Source: Lytechinus pictus (taxonomy: Eukaryota). From it: 64,000 nucleotides of DNA. The position numbers were made by a program, and so were the translations under genes. This document shows, one piece after another, positions 36,399 through 51,300 of the stretch. Location of the stretch: NCBI RefSeq assembly GCF_037042905.1, contig NC_087245.1, positions 31,312,001 through 31,376,000 on the forward strand. The letters are read 5' to 3'. The notes under the pieces were generated by a model, which was not told where the DNA came from, ran no database searches, and worked only from the letters and a program-made list of their open reading frames with translations. How positions within the stretch are numbered: position 1 is the first letter of the stretch; every line of letters begins with the position of its first letter.

Positions 36399-39300
36399 AG
36401 TAGAACAATCTCAAAGCAAAAATGCTATTAATAATAATAATAATAATAGTTGGATTTATAAAGCGCTTTTTGCCAGAGGATACAAAGCGCTGCTATTATT
36501 ACCCCGGCTTTAGCTCGAGCTACCATCACCGGCGCTCAGTGCATGCAAGGAATTACTCCTGCCGGGTACCAATTCACCTCACCTGGGTCGAGTGCAGCAC
36601 AGTGTGGATAAATTTCTTGCTGAAGGAAAATACGCCATGGCTACGATTCGAACACACGACCCTCTGTTTCAAAGGCGAGAGTCAGAACCACTAGACCACG
36701 ACGCACCCATTAGTTGGATCTGAAAGTGTAACCATATAACAGATAGACCTGTATGTGATGACGATAACTTAATAACATAATCTTTGTTGAATATTTTCAC
36801 ATGAATAGTTTTACCTATTTTACGTTAACCTTGCATTTTTCTGGGCCTCCACCCAACTCTTCCCCTGGTGTATGTTTTTTTCTACTACCATTGTTGGAAC
36901 CATAATGACAAAAATTACACAAGCCGAAAAGTACAATGAGATTTGTCTGTAAACAATTGATGAAAGCAGCCTCATTGAAATTGATTTATATTGAAACAAA
37001 AGATTGGTTCAATCTGAAAGGGGAAAGAATACACAGTCGACTAAAGGTCAATCGTGAGCCCAAAATTGACTTCGAAAAAACACCTGTTCTAATATTCAAA
37101 CGCCATACAAATTCTTTAGCATTGTTCGAAAATTATTTTTATTTATACTACATGTATATATTACATAAGATTTTTTTCCCATAACTTTATGAAACGTAAT
37201 TGGCTTAGGGCCTATGTGTTCATCATTCCTGGTGCTCGCATTGTCTGTTTAATGAGATAGATAATCATGTTCAAGGGGGTTAAATTCATTACCAATTTAA
37301 GTCATCCCTAAACAAATGGACCTACAACAAGTCCATGCTCAAAACAAACCTATTTAACTCACCGCATTCGTTTCTTCTTGTCATTGTCACACCCCTAGAC
37401 ATCTGAATGTGTTACCATCTTTATCAAGGACTTATGGGGCGTTGCAAGAAGCTTGCAATCAATATTCTATTTTCGGTCCCTAAATCACTTACAAGTCTTG
37501 AAATTAATTGTGACTTTGCGATTGAGTGCTAATCTACTTCTGGAAACTAGGAGTGTAATCTGATTTGCTACAGTTAAAATAACATTGATTTATCAATTGT
37601 AAAATTGGAACAGAATATTTGCAATTGATTGCAAATATTTTCTTGCAAGTTGCAACACTCCCTAAGAGTATTATCTTGCAACGAAAAAAAAAAGACCAAC
37701 ATGCTATCCATTTTCAAAAGTGTCGATTTGAATACTTACTTCGTCTGATAGTGTTTTCCTCCTGGTTGCTTTGTGTATTTCCATTTTTTCTTATTTTCCC
37801 TCTTTCCGTGATTTGTAATTTGTATTATGTTTTATAGCTGTTGATGTTAATTTGTATATTAAAAAATATTGAAAGATAAAAAAATCTCTATATTTCTGAT
37901 TTATGATGTATTGCCTTGACACAACCATATTCTATCATAATATTCGTATTTATTTGTATTCTTGCTCACAGGCTACTTGGGTACTCAAAAGCTGATACAA
38001 ATGAATGAAAATGCATAATAAGATATATATCAACACACCACTTTGTCAATGTAATGACAAAGTGAATTGTACGTCAATTTTCTGTGTGAAATCGACAATT
38101 ATTTGATCTTGTATCTTGTATGTATTATCATTCTTTTCTTTAATAACTTTCAAGAGACAGTGACCAAAAAATGTTACTGCGGGTGTTGCTGCCGATGATG
38201 CTACTATCACTATTACCGTTGTGATGTTGTTGTTGCTTACACTTATATTCGTCTATTATAGGTGTCACATGCTTAATTGCAACAAGAAGGCAAAAGTATT
38301 CATTCGACCAAACACATTCCAAGGATCTGTAATTTGACATAGCTGATTGACAAAAAATAGGCCTATACATATGCTTAGCCATCTAACATTGATTCTAAGA
38401 AGGGCAATCACTTCACTTCCTTAGCGCAAATGAAGAAATAGCACTTAACTTTTGGAACTATTTGACTGGCGGAAGTGATTAGGGTTATCTTATTCTTTCA
38501 GTAGATGAAAGAGATCTCGCTACTAGATGTTTTCAAACATGTTGAACTATTTCAAAAATTAAGCGGTCAACATACCCTTTGATGATCAGATATGATATCT
38601 CAGATATATTTCCTGTATACCGGTCGTAAACGTTCAGTGCCCATAACTTAATCCTTATTTTATAAGATGTTGTTATGGTTACTGCCATCCAACACGTGTG
38701 TTTACTGAGGAAATATTTACAGGTGTGACACCTTTTCACAATGAAATACCAATAATATGGCACTATTCTTGTACACCTTAGCACATTAGTTGAATTACAT
38801 ACAATTATAATAGTCTAATTTTTACCCCCCCCTTCTCTCTCTCTCTCTCTCTCTCTTCCACAGAGCTTTCCAGACAAGGTAAATTGAAATCACTTCCAAG
38901 TAGGCCTATATTACTTTTAGCTAATTTTTGCATTTTTGCATTATGGGACAGAAGACTATATAATCAAATTTAGTCATTGTTGTATGATGTCAATCGCTGA
39001 CATTTCGGGGGTATTTATTGTTGCAATTTCAGAATGATAGAAAATATTTATATAATTCAAATTTTGTTTAATCAAGAAGAACAGTTTCCCATACATCAGC
39101 CAGCCTATTGTGTAGACTGACTTCTTACAAAGCTTAAATTTGATAAGAGAAATCGAATAGTAGTTGATTCTATTTCAGACAAACTGAATAGAATACAAAC
39201 TTAGATGTAGTTTTAAAAGAATTATTGTGCTAATGCACGAAATTCCCATAATTCTATATTTGTTAGAAATCAGACGAAGTGACCAATACGTTTAGTGGGC

Positions 39301-42300
39301 ATTTGACCAAAATAATAGGCACTTGAAAAGGAGGCTGTAATTGGCATATATTAATATACGTTAAGATTTAATATTGATTCTAATTTACTATACGGGACAG
39401 AATTAGGGTGGCCTGTTACAAAGTAACATGTGTTTATTACGTAATAACAGCCTATAGAAGAAGGAAAGAAATATAAAGAACAAATACGTTTCTGTTGATG
39501 AAATTTGGCGCAATGAATAAGTAGTTGATTCCACATTAGGATATCAGTGTTTTACTTCGGGCATGTCGGGTGTATGGAGCAATAGATACTGTGGATAGGT
39601 ATGAGTAGAAAATGTAGTTTAGTTTGACGGTTTATAGATATATCTGAAACAACTGATTTATTTTTCCCTCATCATTAATATCATTAGGTGGTAAAGGCAT
39701 GGTCAATAAGACGGAAACGACGGAGTCAATGACCACGACTGCCACTACGCCAATGACTACTCCCGAACGTATGTACTGCGTCTCTTACTTTACCAATATT
39801 GCTTGAATATGTGTTTTAATCTGTTGTATCCTTTACCCCCTACTAATCTCTTAGTTTGGGATAATAAGCACTGTTTGCCACAGGCCTATAGATGTGTAGA
39901 GTATGAAAGGGGATCCCAACCATAGTCTTAAAACGTTGTGCGGGAAGGAGAACAATAAGAAAAACAGAATGGTGAAAGTTTAAAAGAAATCGGAGAAGCA
40001 ATAAGAAAGTTATGACTGTTTTAAAATTGGATTGCAAATTTCAAATTGATGAATGGGTAAGTAAATTATGACAATCGGCAAAGACAACTATAGACATGGG
40101 CCATGGACTTAATTATCAGGGATTTGTGATTTTTCATCCCAAGTAACTATTCCCCTGGGGCAATAATATTAATATAACCCAGGTAGCATATTTTTTTAAT
40201 GTCCTCATAAAAGAAAAATATAATTTGAAGTAATTAATTTTTATTTTAAAATTCATTTTAGCCATTATTTGGTTTGGGGTACATGGAAGGTAAGTCCTTG
40301 CCTTAACATCAATATGACATCACAAATGCGGCCAATTTGAAGTCTCCATAGTGATCACCAATGTTTATAACTTTTGAAAATTTCTTTTTGCTTGTCCGAT
40401 ATTGTTTAAACATTCACCTATCAGCATGTCTGATTTTTCTTTTTCCTCTAAAAACAACTTTCTATTTGGGCTGGATTCCCATTTAAGAATGGTGAGCTTA
40501 GCTAGATTGCTCTTCATTTTGTGTATTAATGTGTATTGTATTTCTTTACATGATTATGAATTTTCCTGCATGATAAGGTCTCATTTGCATTAATTATTTT
40601 GTATTGACATAATCAACATTTGTCATCGTATTCATCTACATTTGTCTTCATAATTACATTATTTTGCTTGCTGCATTTGTAATTCATTTAATTTTCATGT
40701 AGATTATTATTCTAATTTCATAGTGTACTTGCTTTTTACATACATCTTTTTGTTTGCATGTTTGCAAATGTATTTGCAATTGCAAAAATGTGCTCTTACA
40801 TTTGCATTTTGCATATGTATTTGCATATGTTGCATTTATGTATTTGCATTTGCGTTTCTGTGTTTGAATTTGCGTATGTATTGCATATGCATTTCGTGCT
40901 TGTATTGTTAATTGTGTTTGCTTTTGTATTTGCATTAATATTTCATTAATATATGAATTTGAATTTTCCTTTTTTGCATTTTAACATTTGTTTTTTGTGA
41001 ATGCTTGTTGGCTTTTTTATTACGACGATTACATCAGAGATGACCACCACATCTATGGATACCACAGTGGATATTACCACTCCTGAACGTAGGTATATTT
41101 TGCACTTATACCAGCAATAATTTTTTTCAGGTTATTCGAATCTTTTAGACAAATATAGACGTGCATGCTTATTTATTACTACCTTGATAGTGATATCCTT
41201 TTCATTCATTCATTTATTCATTCATTCATTCACTCACTCACTCATTCATTCATTTATCGATTCATTCGTTTGTTTGTCACATTTATTATGTATTCATTTA
41301 TATATCCATGCCAGTAAACAATTATCTCATTCGAAGCTTTTAGCTGTAGATGCTCATACATATATATTTCAACTTTATATCTTATTTTAATGATCACTAT
41401 CATGGACAATGGCCATTTGTAGGATTTTTTAGGGGGGAGGCAAATTTCCGCAAAATGTTCCAGAAAACCGAGAGAGGGGGAGAAGCAACAGAGCTTTTTT
41501 AATAATAAATTGATGGACCTAGTACACACTTTGTGTAGAATCTGAGTGAACTATCAATAAAATTAGGGGTTTTGAAGACTTTTGTTGGTGTCACGGGAAA
41601 GAGCCCCTCAGTGCGAAGCGGACTGGCGTCATAGGCGGCGGGGGGACGGGGGGTCCTGTCCCCCCTAAATCTGAGGTGGGAGACGAACCCCCCTTAAAAT
41701 TTCTGTTGATAGCCTTTTTTTTTTGCTTGTCAATTTTGTTTCCTGCGTTCCCCCCTAAATTCAGGTGGCCCCCCTAAAATTTTGGTTGATAACTTTTTTT
41801 TTTGCTTGTTCAATTTTTTACCCGTGTCCATCCCAAAATTTCAGGTGGACCCCCCTAAATTTTTTGGCTTCCGCCGCCAATGACTGCCGTGCATTCTGTA
41901 AATTCTGTTTTGAAAAATAGATTTGGCCTTTCCTTTAATTATTGTATATTTTGGGAGGTTTTATGGCCCTACGGGAAAGGAGAATGGACTGCTCATAATA
42001 CAATAGACCTATAGAGTCAGGTGATTGCACAAGTACAGAACATGAATAACAACATCGTTAAACACACAAAACGCCCTCGCATAACAAACTTCCACAACTT
42101 ATGACAAAAATCTCCACCGGTTTGGGGTGAATGCCACATGGGGATGAGCGCCCCCCCCCCCTTTAAAGTAGTCGGGAAAAAAGTGGAGAAGGGAAAGGGG
42201 GAAAGAAGAAGAAGAAGAAGTACGAGGAGGTAAGAAAGAAAAATGGTAAATGTAATAAAACGAAGTCTTTGTCATACCCCTATGACCCCCCCCCCCCAAA

Positions 42301-45300
42301 AAAAAAGACGTCGGCTTTACGTTGTCACCCCCCCCCCCCCCATCAAAATATCTTTGAGCCAACCCTGGTACTGCTGTTTTCCCAAGTATTCTTTGTCATA
42401 TATAATATAACATCGAACACCTCCAAAATAACTTTAGTCCAAGTTGGGGGGTAACCAGGGGCTGGAATTATTTTGTTAGACTATTGAAATCTACTTGTAC
42501 CATTCTCATTTACTTTATCGCTTTATGATCGTGTGTACCTATGTTGTTGTTTCTACAATATCTATTAAATGCCAGTGTCTTCAGAATTATCCAGAATTTT
42601 CTGTCTTACAATTTTCCTTATTCTATTTGTTTGTAGATATAGTCATAGGGTCCTTTTTCCCCGTGATCTTTTAAGTTTATACATGGATGAATGTGTCAAG
42701 TATTTGACTATTATAGCAGCAGTGATTTTTTTCAACCAGACTTTAGGTTTTTTGTTAATTTCCCAAATCCTAAAACAATTTAGGTAATTTGTTTGGAAAG
42801 TTATTGTTTTCACCCTGATCGAATTAAAATTGTATACAAAATTATGTGACTACATATGATTTTGATTTCTTTTTTTTTAATATTCTCTCCATTTTGTAAG
42901 TTTCTGTTTCTAACTTATGATTTCAAGCTGTAATTATAATAATGATTATTCGGAATCTTACAATTTGAAGTGATTGTTATCATCATTGTGATTTGTAAGG
43001 GTTCAAGCATTTATCATTGATGATAATTTTTCTGGTATCTCTGATACTTTTAATCAATGTTGAATCATTACATTCTTTTTCAAATACAGCTTGCTTGATG
43101 CCAGAGAATGTTTCTGTTGGTAAGTTAAATATTTTGGTCTGTATCTGGCAAGCAAACTTTCATAATTATCATGTAATGTTGATTTGATATGGAAATAATC
43201 ATTTATTTCATAACCTTGTTATTTTACATTTTTATCGTCATTACTATAACCATTATTGTGGTGGGTTTTTTTTAGAGGGGGTGGGTCTGAAATTAATTTT
43301 CAGCATGCTATCTTTGTAGTCTAGGAATCTTTTTTTTTTTTATTAAAAAGCCATTGCATGAATCAGAAGGGGCTTTTATTCAATAATTCAATTGATTCAC
43401 TCGTCAAGAAAGAAATCTATTCTTCTTGTATTATTGTCAATAAGTAAAGGGAATTTGCATTTCAAAAGGTCCTTGAGCGTACATGATTTATAAATACACC
43501 TACCACAATAGAGTGTCTGTAAACGCAGCAAACAACAACCGTAAAAAAATTTCCACGGTTTTGACGGAATATACATTCGATTTGACAATGCAGGAATTGG
43601 ACCGTAAAGATATCTGTTTGTAAAATTCCTCGGCTTCAAATCCAAGAACAAGCAGGCCCAAAAAAAAAAAAATTTACAGGGGTGGTGTGCAAATTTTAAG
43701 ATTAGATATAATGGACTTGTCATGGGGACAAAACTGACGGTTAGGGGGGACAGGGGTATGGGCCCCGGCCAATGAGAAATTATTCAACGAAGATTGGTAT
43801 TGTGGGGGGGGGGGTAAATGTGAAGTTTGATTGATTATAAGTCGAGTAGCATTCAAAATAATGCGAGCGTGCGATTTGACAGGAAGAAAAAAAAAGTGAG
43901 TTTCGCTCGCTTGAATTAGATATGTACAATATAGGCCTAATCACCAATACGTAAATCTGTTCTGCTCTTGAGAGAAATAATTTTAGATACAGATTTCGTT
44001 ATATCGAGTTGAGCGCAATATGGTGATAGACCGTGATGTGGGGAAATAAAAACTTAGTTTGCCATAGCTCTGAATAAGGGAGGCAGTTTTATTTTCCACT
44101 ACTGGGATGAGGGGGGGGGGGGTCCGTGAATTATCCCCGCAAAATAGGCTTTTAAACATTAGTATGCAAGGAAACTTATCGATCAGCGAGAAAATTTGCA
44201 TTTTCAAGAGGGAAACCTAGTATTCTGAAAGTATATAACGGTATAAATTCGGCTAATTGGATATTATATTTATTGTCGTCAAAGCAAGTAGTGACATGCC
44301 CCTTCTGGAAAATGAATTTCAATTTCCTTGTATAAATTTGTTCATACAAGAATTTGTTACTCTAAGTGGGGAAACAAAGCGTTTTGAAAATCATTTCCTA
44401 ACATTATTTTTTTAGTGCACACATGTTTATTTAATACTTGATTTATAATTATTAAGAATGAATGCTCATGGGTTTAGTCAGTGAAGAGCCGGGAATATCA
44501 ACCATGATAATCTATTAGGTAAATTCAAATCTTCTGTTGGGATTGTTGGGAAATCATGGAAATGGTTTCATAGCTATTTAAGTAATAGAAATGTTGTTGC
44601 AATGATCGATGGATCATTGTCATCTGAAAAACCCATCTCTCATGGGGTGCCGCAAGGATCCATCTTGGGTCCGATCCTTTTCCTAAATGACTTACCTATA
44701 TGTTTCGATAAATCGCCAGTACACCTTTACGCAGATGATACCGTAGTCTATTATTCTGACAAAGATCCCATTTTAGTTCAAAATACTTTACAACATGAAT
44801 TAAATTCTTTGAAAATTTGGATGTGGCAAAATATATTAAAATAAACTCCACCAAAACTGTATATGTTTGTTGATTGGTACAAAACGTATGATTCAGAAGC
44901 ATGATACATTAAATCTAAAGGGTTTTACTATTGATTTTGAACTAAAATGGAATGATCGTGTTTTTAACCTTTGCAATAAAGTCCGTAAGATGATTAGTTT
45001 TTTGGGTAGACTTAGTTCTTTTTTTAATGACTCAAGTCTAAATCTTTTATATAAAGCTGTAATATTGCCACATTTTGACTACGCGGACATAATTTAGTCT
45101 TCTGCGACTAAATCTTGTTTGAGCATAAAACCGTGCAGGTAGGATCATTATAAAATAAAAACTGTCAGAGCACCGACCAGTACATGAAATTCATTATACT
45201 CTAGGCTGGCCAGGGAAATTTAGCAACAACGTCAATTCTTTTATATACAATATTCCATGATATGTCGCCGGCCTATTTAAAACAAAGATTTATTTTTAAG

Positions 45301-48300
45301 ACATCGAGATACCATACTCTGAAAGGTAATCAAGTTGTCTTGCCCAAACCTTATACTGAAAAATGCAAACGTTCATTTCAATATCGTTGTGGAAAATCAT
45401 ATAACAAAGTTTTGCAAATAACCGGTAAAATGTATAGGACTTTCATGCTATAGGACTGTCGGGGGGGGGGGGGGTAATGTGATCTTGCACCGAGAGTTCA
45501 TACATCAATTCTTTTACATTTTTTAAATAATTTGTTCTATATGTATTTATTAGTAATTTTCCATATTGAAATGTCAATTTAATTAATTTATCTATAGGGA
45601 CCCCGGGGAAGAACAGGTTGGATATTATATTAGATTTTGATTTGATTTATTTATTATAGCCAATCTGAAACGGATATATAATTTTGTGATATATAATTTT
45701 GTATTACATGCACTGTTAAGTGTAATTATTTTACATTGTTATATTGTATGTATTTATTTGATCATGTAATGTTTATTTTGTATTCATGTATTTTTAAATC
45801 ATGAATACTCAAACCAAACCAATAGGGCCTATAGACCCTAGACTTTTCATGTTTGAAGTCAGGTTCCTTAGACCACTCGGCCACGACGCCTCCACATGCA
45901 AATGCTAGCTCTTCCATTAACAAACAACCGGTATCGGACTAATAATAAACAAGGGCCTATTTTATATAAAAAATAACAATATTCCGCTTTTATATCAGGG
46001 GCCGCGGAAGCGGGGGGGGGGGGGGGGCTGGGGGGCTTCAGCCCCCCCCCCCTCCCCACATTTTCCAAAACCGTGTGCAAAAACGTAAAAATGACCATAA
46101 TATTATGATTGCGATTGTTTGCATGGTAAGCCACCCCCCCCCCCACTTTGAAAACCGTTCCGCGGCCCCTCTATATAACGCTTTTTATACCAAAACGACG
46201 TCTCAAAGCGCTTTACAGATGAACTTTTACCCCTGCTATCGGATCCTGGCTTGTCCACGCACACAATGCATGGACTTTTATACATTCCTTGGGGAGCATT
46301 CTAATAATTTAGTTTCAAAACTCAATTGCTAGGCATGCTACCAAGCCTTCGCATCCTATTTCTATTTTGATATTTTTGTAATTTCCCTCATTTTTTTCAA
46401 CTAATCGGTAACCTAATTGCCGTGGTTATGTATAATTACTGGCGTTTCAAGTAAATCAGCAATTCAAGACGAACTTGATTTTAATGACCTGTCACTCAAC
46501 CCCCCCCCCCCTCTCTCTCTCTCTCCCTCTCTCTCTTCCTCTCTACCGTTCACGCTTGATCATGATACATTATCATTCAATTATCAATTTGCAGAGGAAT
46601 TTGACCTGGTGGTCGGCGAGGTACTAAATGTGACGTCACCATGTTTCCCCTCCGAGGACGACCTCCCTCCAGGCACGACCATGGTGTTCAACGCTCCAGA
46701 AGGATACAGGGTCAAGATCTCTTTCAGCGAGTTCAGATTCGATCCATGTAAGTCACACAAAAATGAGTTAAAGAATGATAAGAAATCAAATATCTTTCAT
46801 GTCTTTGTTCATGTTATTCATTCCATTTTACAATTTTTACATTCCTTCATCGTAATTTTTCATGAATTGATAAATGTATGAGTTATTGGTAGATATTACA
46901 ATATCACTCCAATAACACCATACACCTCCCCAAAAATGACCATAATGACATTATTTTAAAAAATCAAAAGAGAAAAAACGCAACGAAATGTTCAGATATA
47001 ATGTGATTTCTTTTACTGATTATTCTGAAACAAGCTTTATCGATTTATCGAAATAGGGATCGAAACTAATAAAAATAATTCAAGCAATGTGCTTTTTAAG
47101 TGAAGAACACCAGGGAAGAACAAAATCGTCTATAGGGACAATTTTTTTTTCTTAATTATCCGATGTTCATTGCATAAACTAACAAACAGTGATTTTCTTC
47201 TGAAATACAACCTTTTCCCCAAAACCGTGTACAAAAACGTAAGACCATCTGTTTGTGATTTTTTGCATGTTCAGCCCCCCCCCCCTTCAACAAAACCGTT
47301 CCGCGGCCCCTGAACTTCAACGCTGTTTCAGTGAACTGAGTTACTTTTTACGACATTGACAATTTTAAAAAACTTCTATTTTCATCCTCCCTCTCACGTC
47401 CCTGCACAGATGGACTGAATCGAATTTGGTTAGGTAACGGTGAAGTTCCGAGGTCCTCCGAAGGGTTCATAGGATACTTCCAAGGCTACGATCTCCCGCC
47501 CGACGTGGTGTCTACTGATAGCACTATGTGGTTGATGATGTTTTCTCCTTATTATTACATGAATGCTGCATTTGAAGCCGAGGTGTCTGCCGTCACCGAT
47601 CAAGGTAAGGGTACTTCCGGAGAAGAAAACAAAACCAGGACGGAAGACAAACAGGCGAGGATGGAAGTTTTTTAATTCGATCTGCGCATGCTTATTCGTT
47701 AAACCCCCGTCACACTAAAGGCGAAATGAGCCGGAATGCCGTCGGAATGAAAATTCTTGGTATATTCCTGGATATTCGAAGCGCATTCTAAAAATTCTGA
47801 CTGCATTCTGAGTGCATTCCAGACATTCGGGTCCATTCTTGTGACCGGCCCGAATGTTTTGCTCATGTTCAAAACTTTCGAAGTGCATTAGAAGTGGAGA
47901 AATATCGAACGACATTCGAAGTGCATTCTGACTGCATTCTAAATATTCTTACGACATTCTAAGAGCTTTCGAGGCATTCTGATCGCATTCTAGAGAAAAC
48001 CGAATCGCATAAAACGCGGCCAGCTGCTGTTGTAACGTCATTTGGCAGTAGAAGTCACCCGGTCATGATATCTTCTGGGTCTTCTCCTCCTTTTTCTTCT
48101 CCTGGCGTCCTCCACATCTCTCTCAAGCAGTTCTTGCTGGAGGACAACAATCTGGAGCAAAGTAATTTGGTCAAGGAGGTCCATACTCTGTGGTGGTTAT
48201 GGGCTAGACTGATGAAAATGCTAGATTCTGGGACCATTCCGGCGGCATTCTTGATAAGTTCGGGACATTCGTGTTGCATTCTAAGTACATTTTAAGTATT

Positions 48301-51300
48301 TGAGGTGCATTCTATTTGAATTCTTGAAAGTTCGAACCGAACTCGGCGACCTTTCCGGCAGCGTTCTGAATTCAATCGAGGTACCTTCCAACCAGACTTC
48401 GGGCAGTACTACGGGAAGCAATCGAACCACACTCGTACGGTATTCGAAGTGTATTCTAAATATTCTTGCTGCATTCTTAATATTCTTCCTGTGTTCCGAC
48501 TGTATTCGAGCTGCATTCGACAGTCAATACACCCGGAATGTTCAAGAATCATTCGAGGCAGGATCGAAGGACGTTCTAAGTATTCGAACGACATTTTTGC
48601 AAAAGTAGTAACAATTTCAAATACCCTCCCGAATGTGGCACGAATTTTGAAAGTTCTTCATTCCGGCTGGTTCTGCTCGATTCCTGCTGATTCCGAATAA
48701 GTGTGACGGGGGTATAAAGAAAGTGCATGGACTGAGCATGTGTAGATCTTGAACCTTTCGTACTCTATGATTTCTAGCACATAATAATGATGATACTAAA
48801 ACGAATGTGCTGCATAGTTTGAAAACGAGTACAAAGACCCCTATTTCGATGTTTTGATCTCTTATACCTTCCTCTACTTTGCAATTTGTGAAGAAAAGTG
48901 ACATTAATTTAAATGAAATAGAGCATTTTTGTACTTTTAGAATTTTTGATCGAGATTTTACAAGTCTTTGTAACTTTACACATCATTTTGTGCAAACACG
49001 AGAACATCATCATTCAACATCTAACGAATGTTTTAAGGTTTTGATCGCCTGAATTATAGTTCCGCATTTAGTTTCGATTGGCGAAATTCCGAGCTCAATA
49101 ATGAACCTATTAGTAGGAACCATGGTTTAATATATATTTGACCTACATAGTACCAAAGCAAATCTGTGTATAGTCTGATGTCAACTGCCGGACCTCCTTA
49201 AGTTCGTCGCAGAAAATGTCTCACGACTGTTAAAGGACAAGTCCACTCTAACAAAAAGTTGATTCGTATAAAAAGAGAAAAATCCAACAAATATAACACT
49301 GAAAATTTCATCAAAATCGGATGTAAAATAATAAAGTTATGACATTTTAAAGTTTCGCCTACTTTCACAAAACAGTTACTTTCACATCCTTGTCGGTATG
49401 CAAATGAGGAGACTGATGACATCACTAGATCACTCACTATTTCTTTTGTATTTTATTATATGAAATATGAAATATTCAAATTTTCTCCATGTTGTCGTGT
49501 AAAACAACAATAAATTGCTCTCTGATCATGTGCAATTAGCATAATACTAATACTATTAATACTATATGGTTCAATCAAGTTGGTCCTTTTTGTCAAATCT
49601 GTAAAAAATGAAATATTGTATCATTCAAACAATAAAAAACAAAAGAAATAGTGAGTAAGGGACATCATGCATGTCACTGAGTTGTGCATATCACTGTTTT
49701 GTGAAAAATAAGCGAAAATTTAAAATGTCATAACTTTCTTATTTTACCTCCGATTATGATGAAATTTTCAATATAAATTGATTTTTCTCTATTTATTCAA
49801 ATCAACATTTTTCTTGGGTGGACTTGACCTTAAAGCTCCTTAATTTCCTTTAAAAAATATTCGCTTTTGATCTGCATTCTGCACCCCCCCTTCTCTCTCT
49901 CTCTCTCTGTACAGACGCCCAGATAAACTGCCCAGGTACATCTCAACAATGTCGGTATGCTTTGATGTGTTTCACTGAAGAAGAAGTATGTAGTGGAGAG
50001 TCCGACTGCCCAAGCGGAACCGACGAAATTGGATGTGGTCAGTGTTTACATTTAAATTATCGCGATCGAGCAAAAATATGATGTTGTTTTGTTTTTCACA
50101 TTTAAAGCAGTTTTGACTTTATTATTATCCAGCAACTCTCCGTATGATTTGAAAGTATTAGTTGCCATAAATGCATTTGCCCACAAAATAAACTTATCTT
50201 AATCGTGATTCAGTTTAATTTGAATAGTGTTTTTATTCAGGAGAATTCAAAATTCTGTTCGTTTTCCTTTTCTATATTGTTTGTGTGTATGTTTATTTCT
50301 CTTGAAGCGCCATGAGCACCGAAAGGTGGACCTGTGCGCTAAATAAGTAGCCATCATTATTATTCAGTAAAATAGTGAATATTAGATAAACCATATGGTA
50401 AATGTTAATTAAGTCAGTATAACTGGAAATATAATATCTAAATCTTTCTATGTTTTCAAGTATCTTGTACGAGAGGCTTTGTAATCATATTTATAAATTC
50501 CTCTCATTGCGAGCACTTTACTTTGACCTGTTTGTTTTTTCTGTTATTTGTTTAGATTGTTTGAGTGCCCGAGATATCAAATGTCCAGATGGACAATGTA
50601 TCCAACGTGACCAAATGTGTGACGAGTTTCCGTCTTGTGACAACGATAATGCCAACTGTAGTAAGTTTGTGTGCTTTTACAACGAAATCGTTTAAATTTA
50701 TCATCACTGGGGTATTTATGGGGGCCCAAAACAAATTACGATTAAGAAAACAAGTGAAAAGGGAAAGGAAAGGGAAGGAGAGGGTGAAACATGACATTAT
50801 TTAATGAATATCATGTCAAAATCTATCAGAAAATTATTATCCCCCCCCCCCCCCCCTTGAGAGGCACAATTAAAATTGTAATGTTTATTTTGTGGATGAA
50901 ATGTCCTTAATTTTTTTTTTTTTTTTGGCTTGTCAAATTTTTCTTCGGGAAAATTTGCCCCCCCCCCCTTTTGGAAAAACCCGGATCCGCCCCTGGTAGT
51001 AGTAGTAGTAGCATATTCGCGTACTAATGAGGGCTTTGGTGGAGCTGGACCCCCTTATGATAAAATAATAAAATAAATAATAGATTAATATAAACTGTAT
51101 GATTTACGAAAAAAAAAAACATATCTTCATTTAAATAATTTCATAGTATTTTTATACGTTTCAAGATAATTTCGTTGAATGTTCAATTTTTTTTCAATTA
51201 ATTTATACACCAAAGCTATAAAATCATTTGTGTATAATATGTGTTCGCTCTCTTTGTTTTCTTGTAAAGTTTAGAAATAGTGAAATTGCCATGATTTGCA

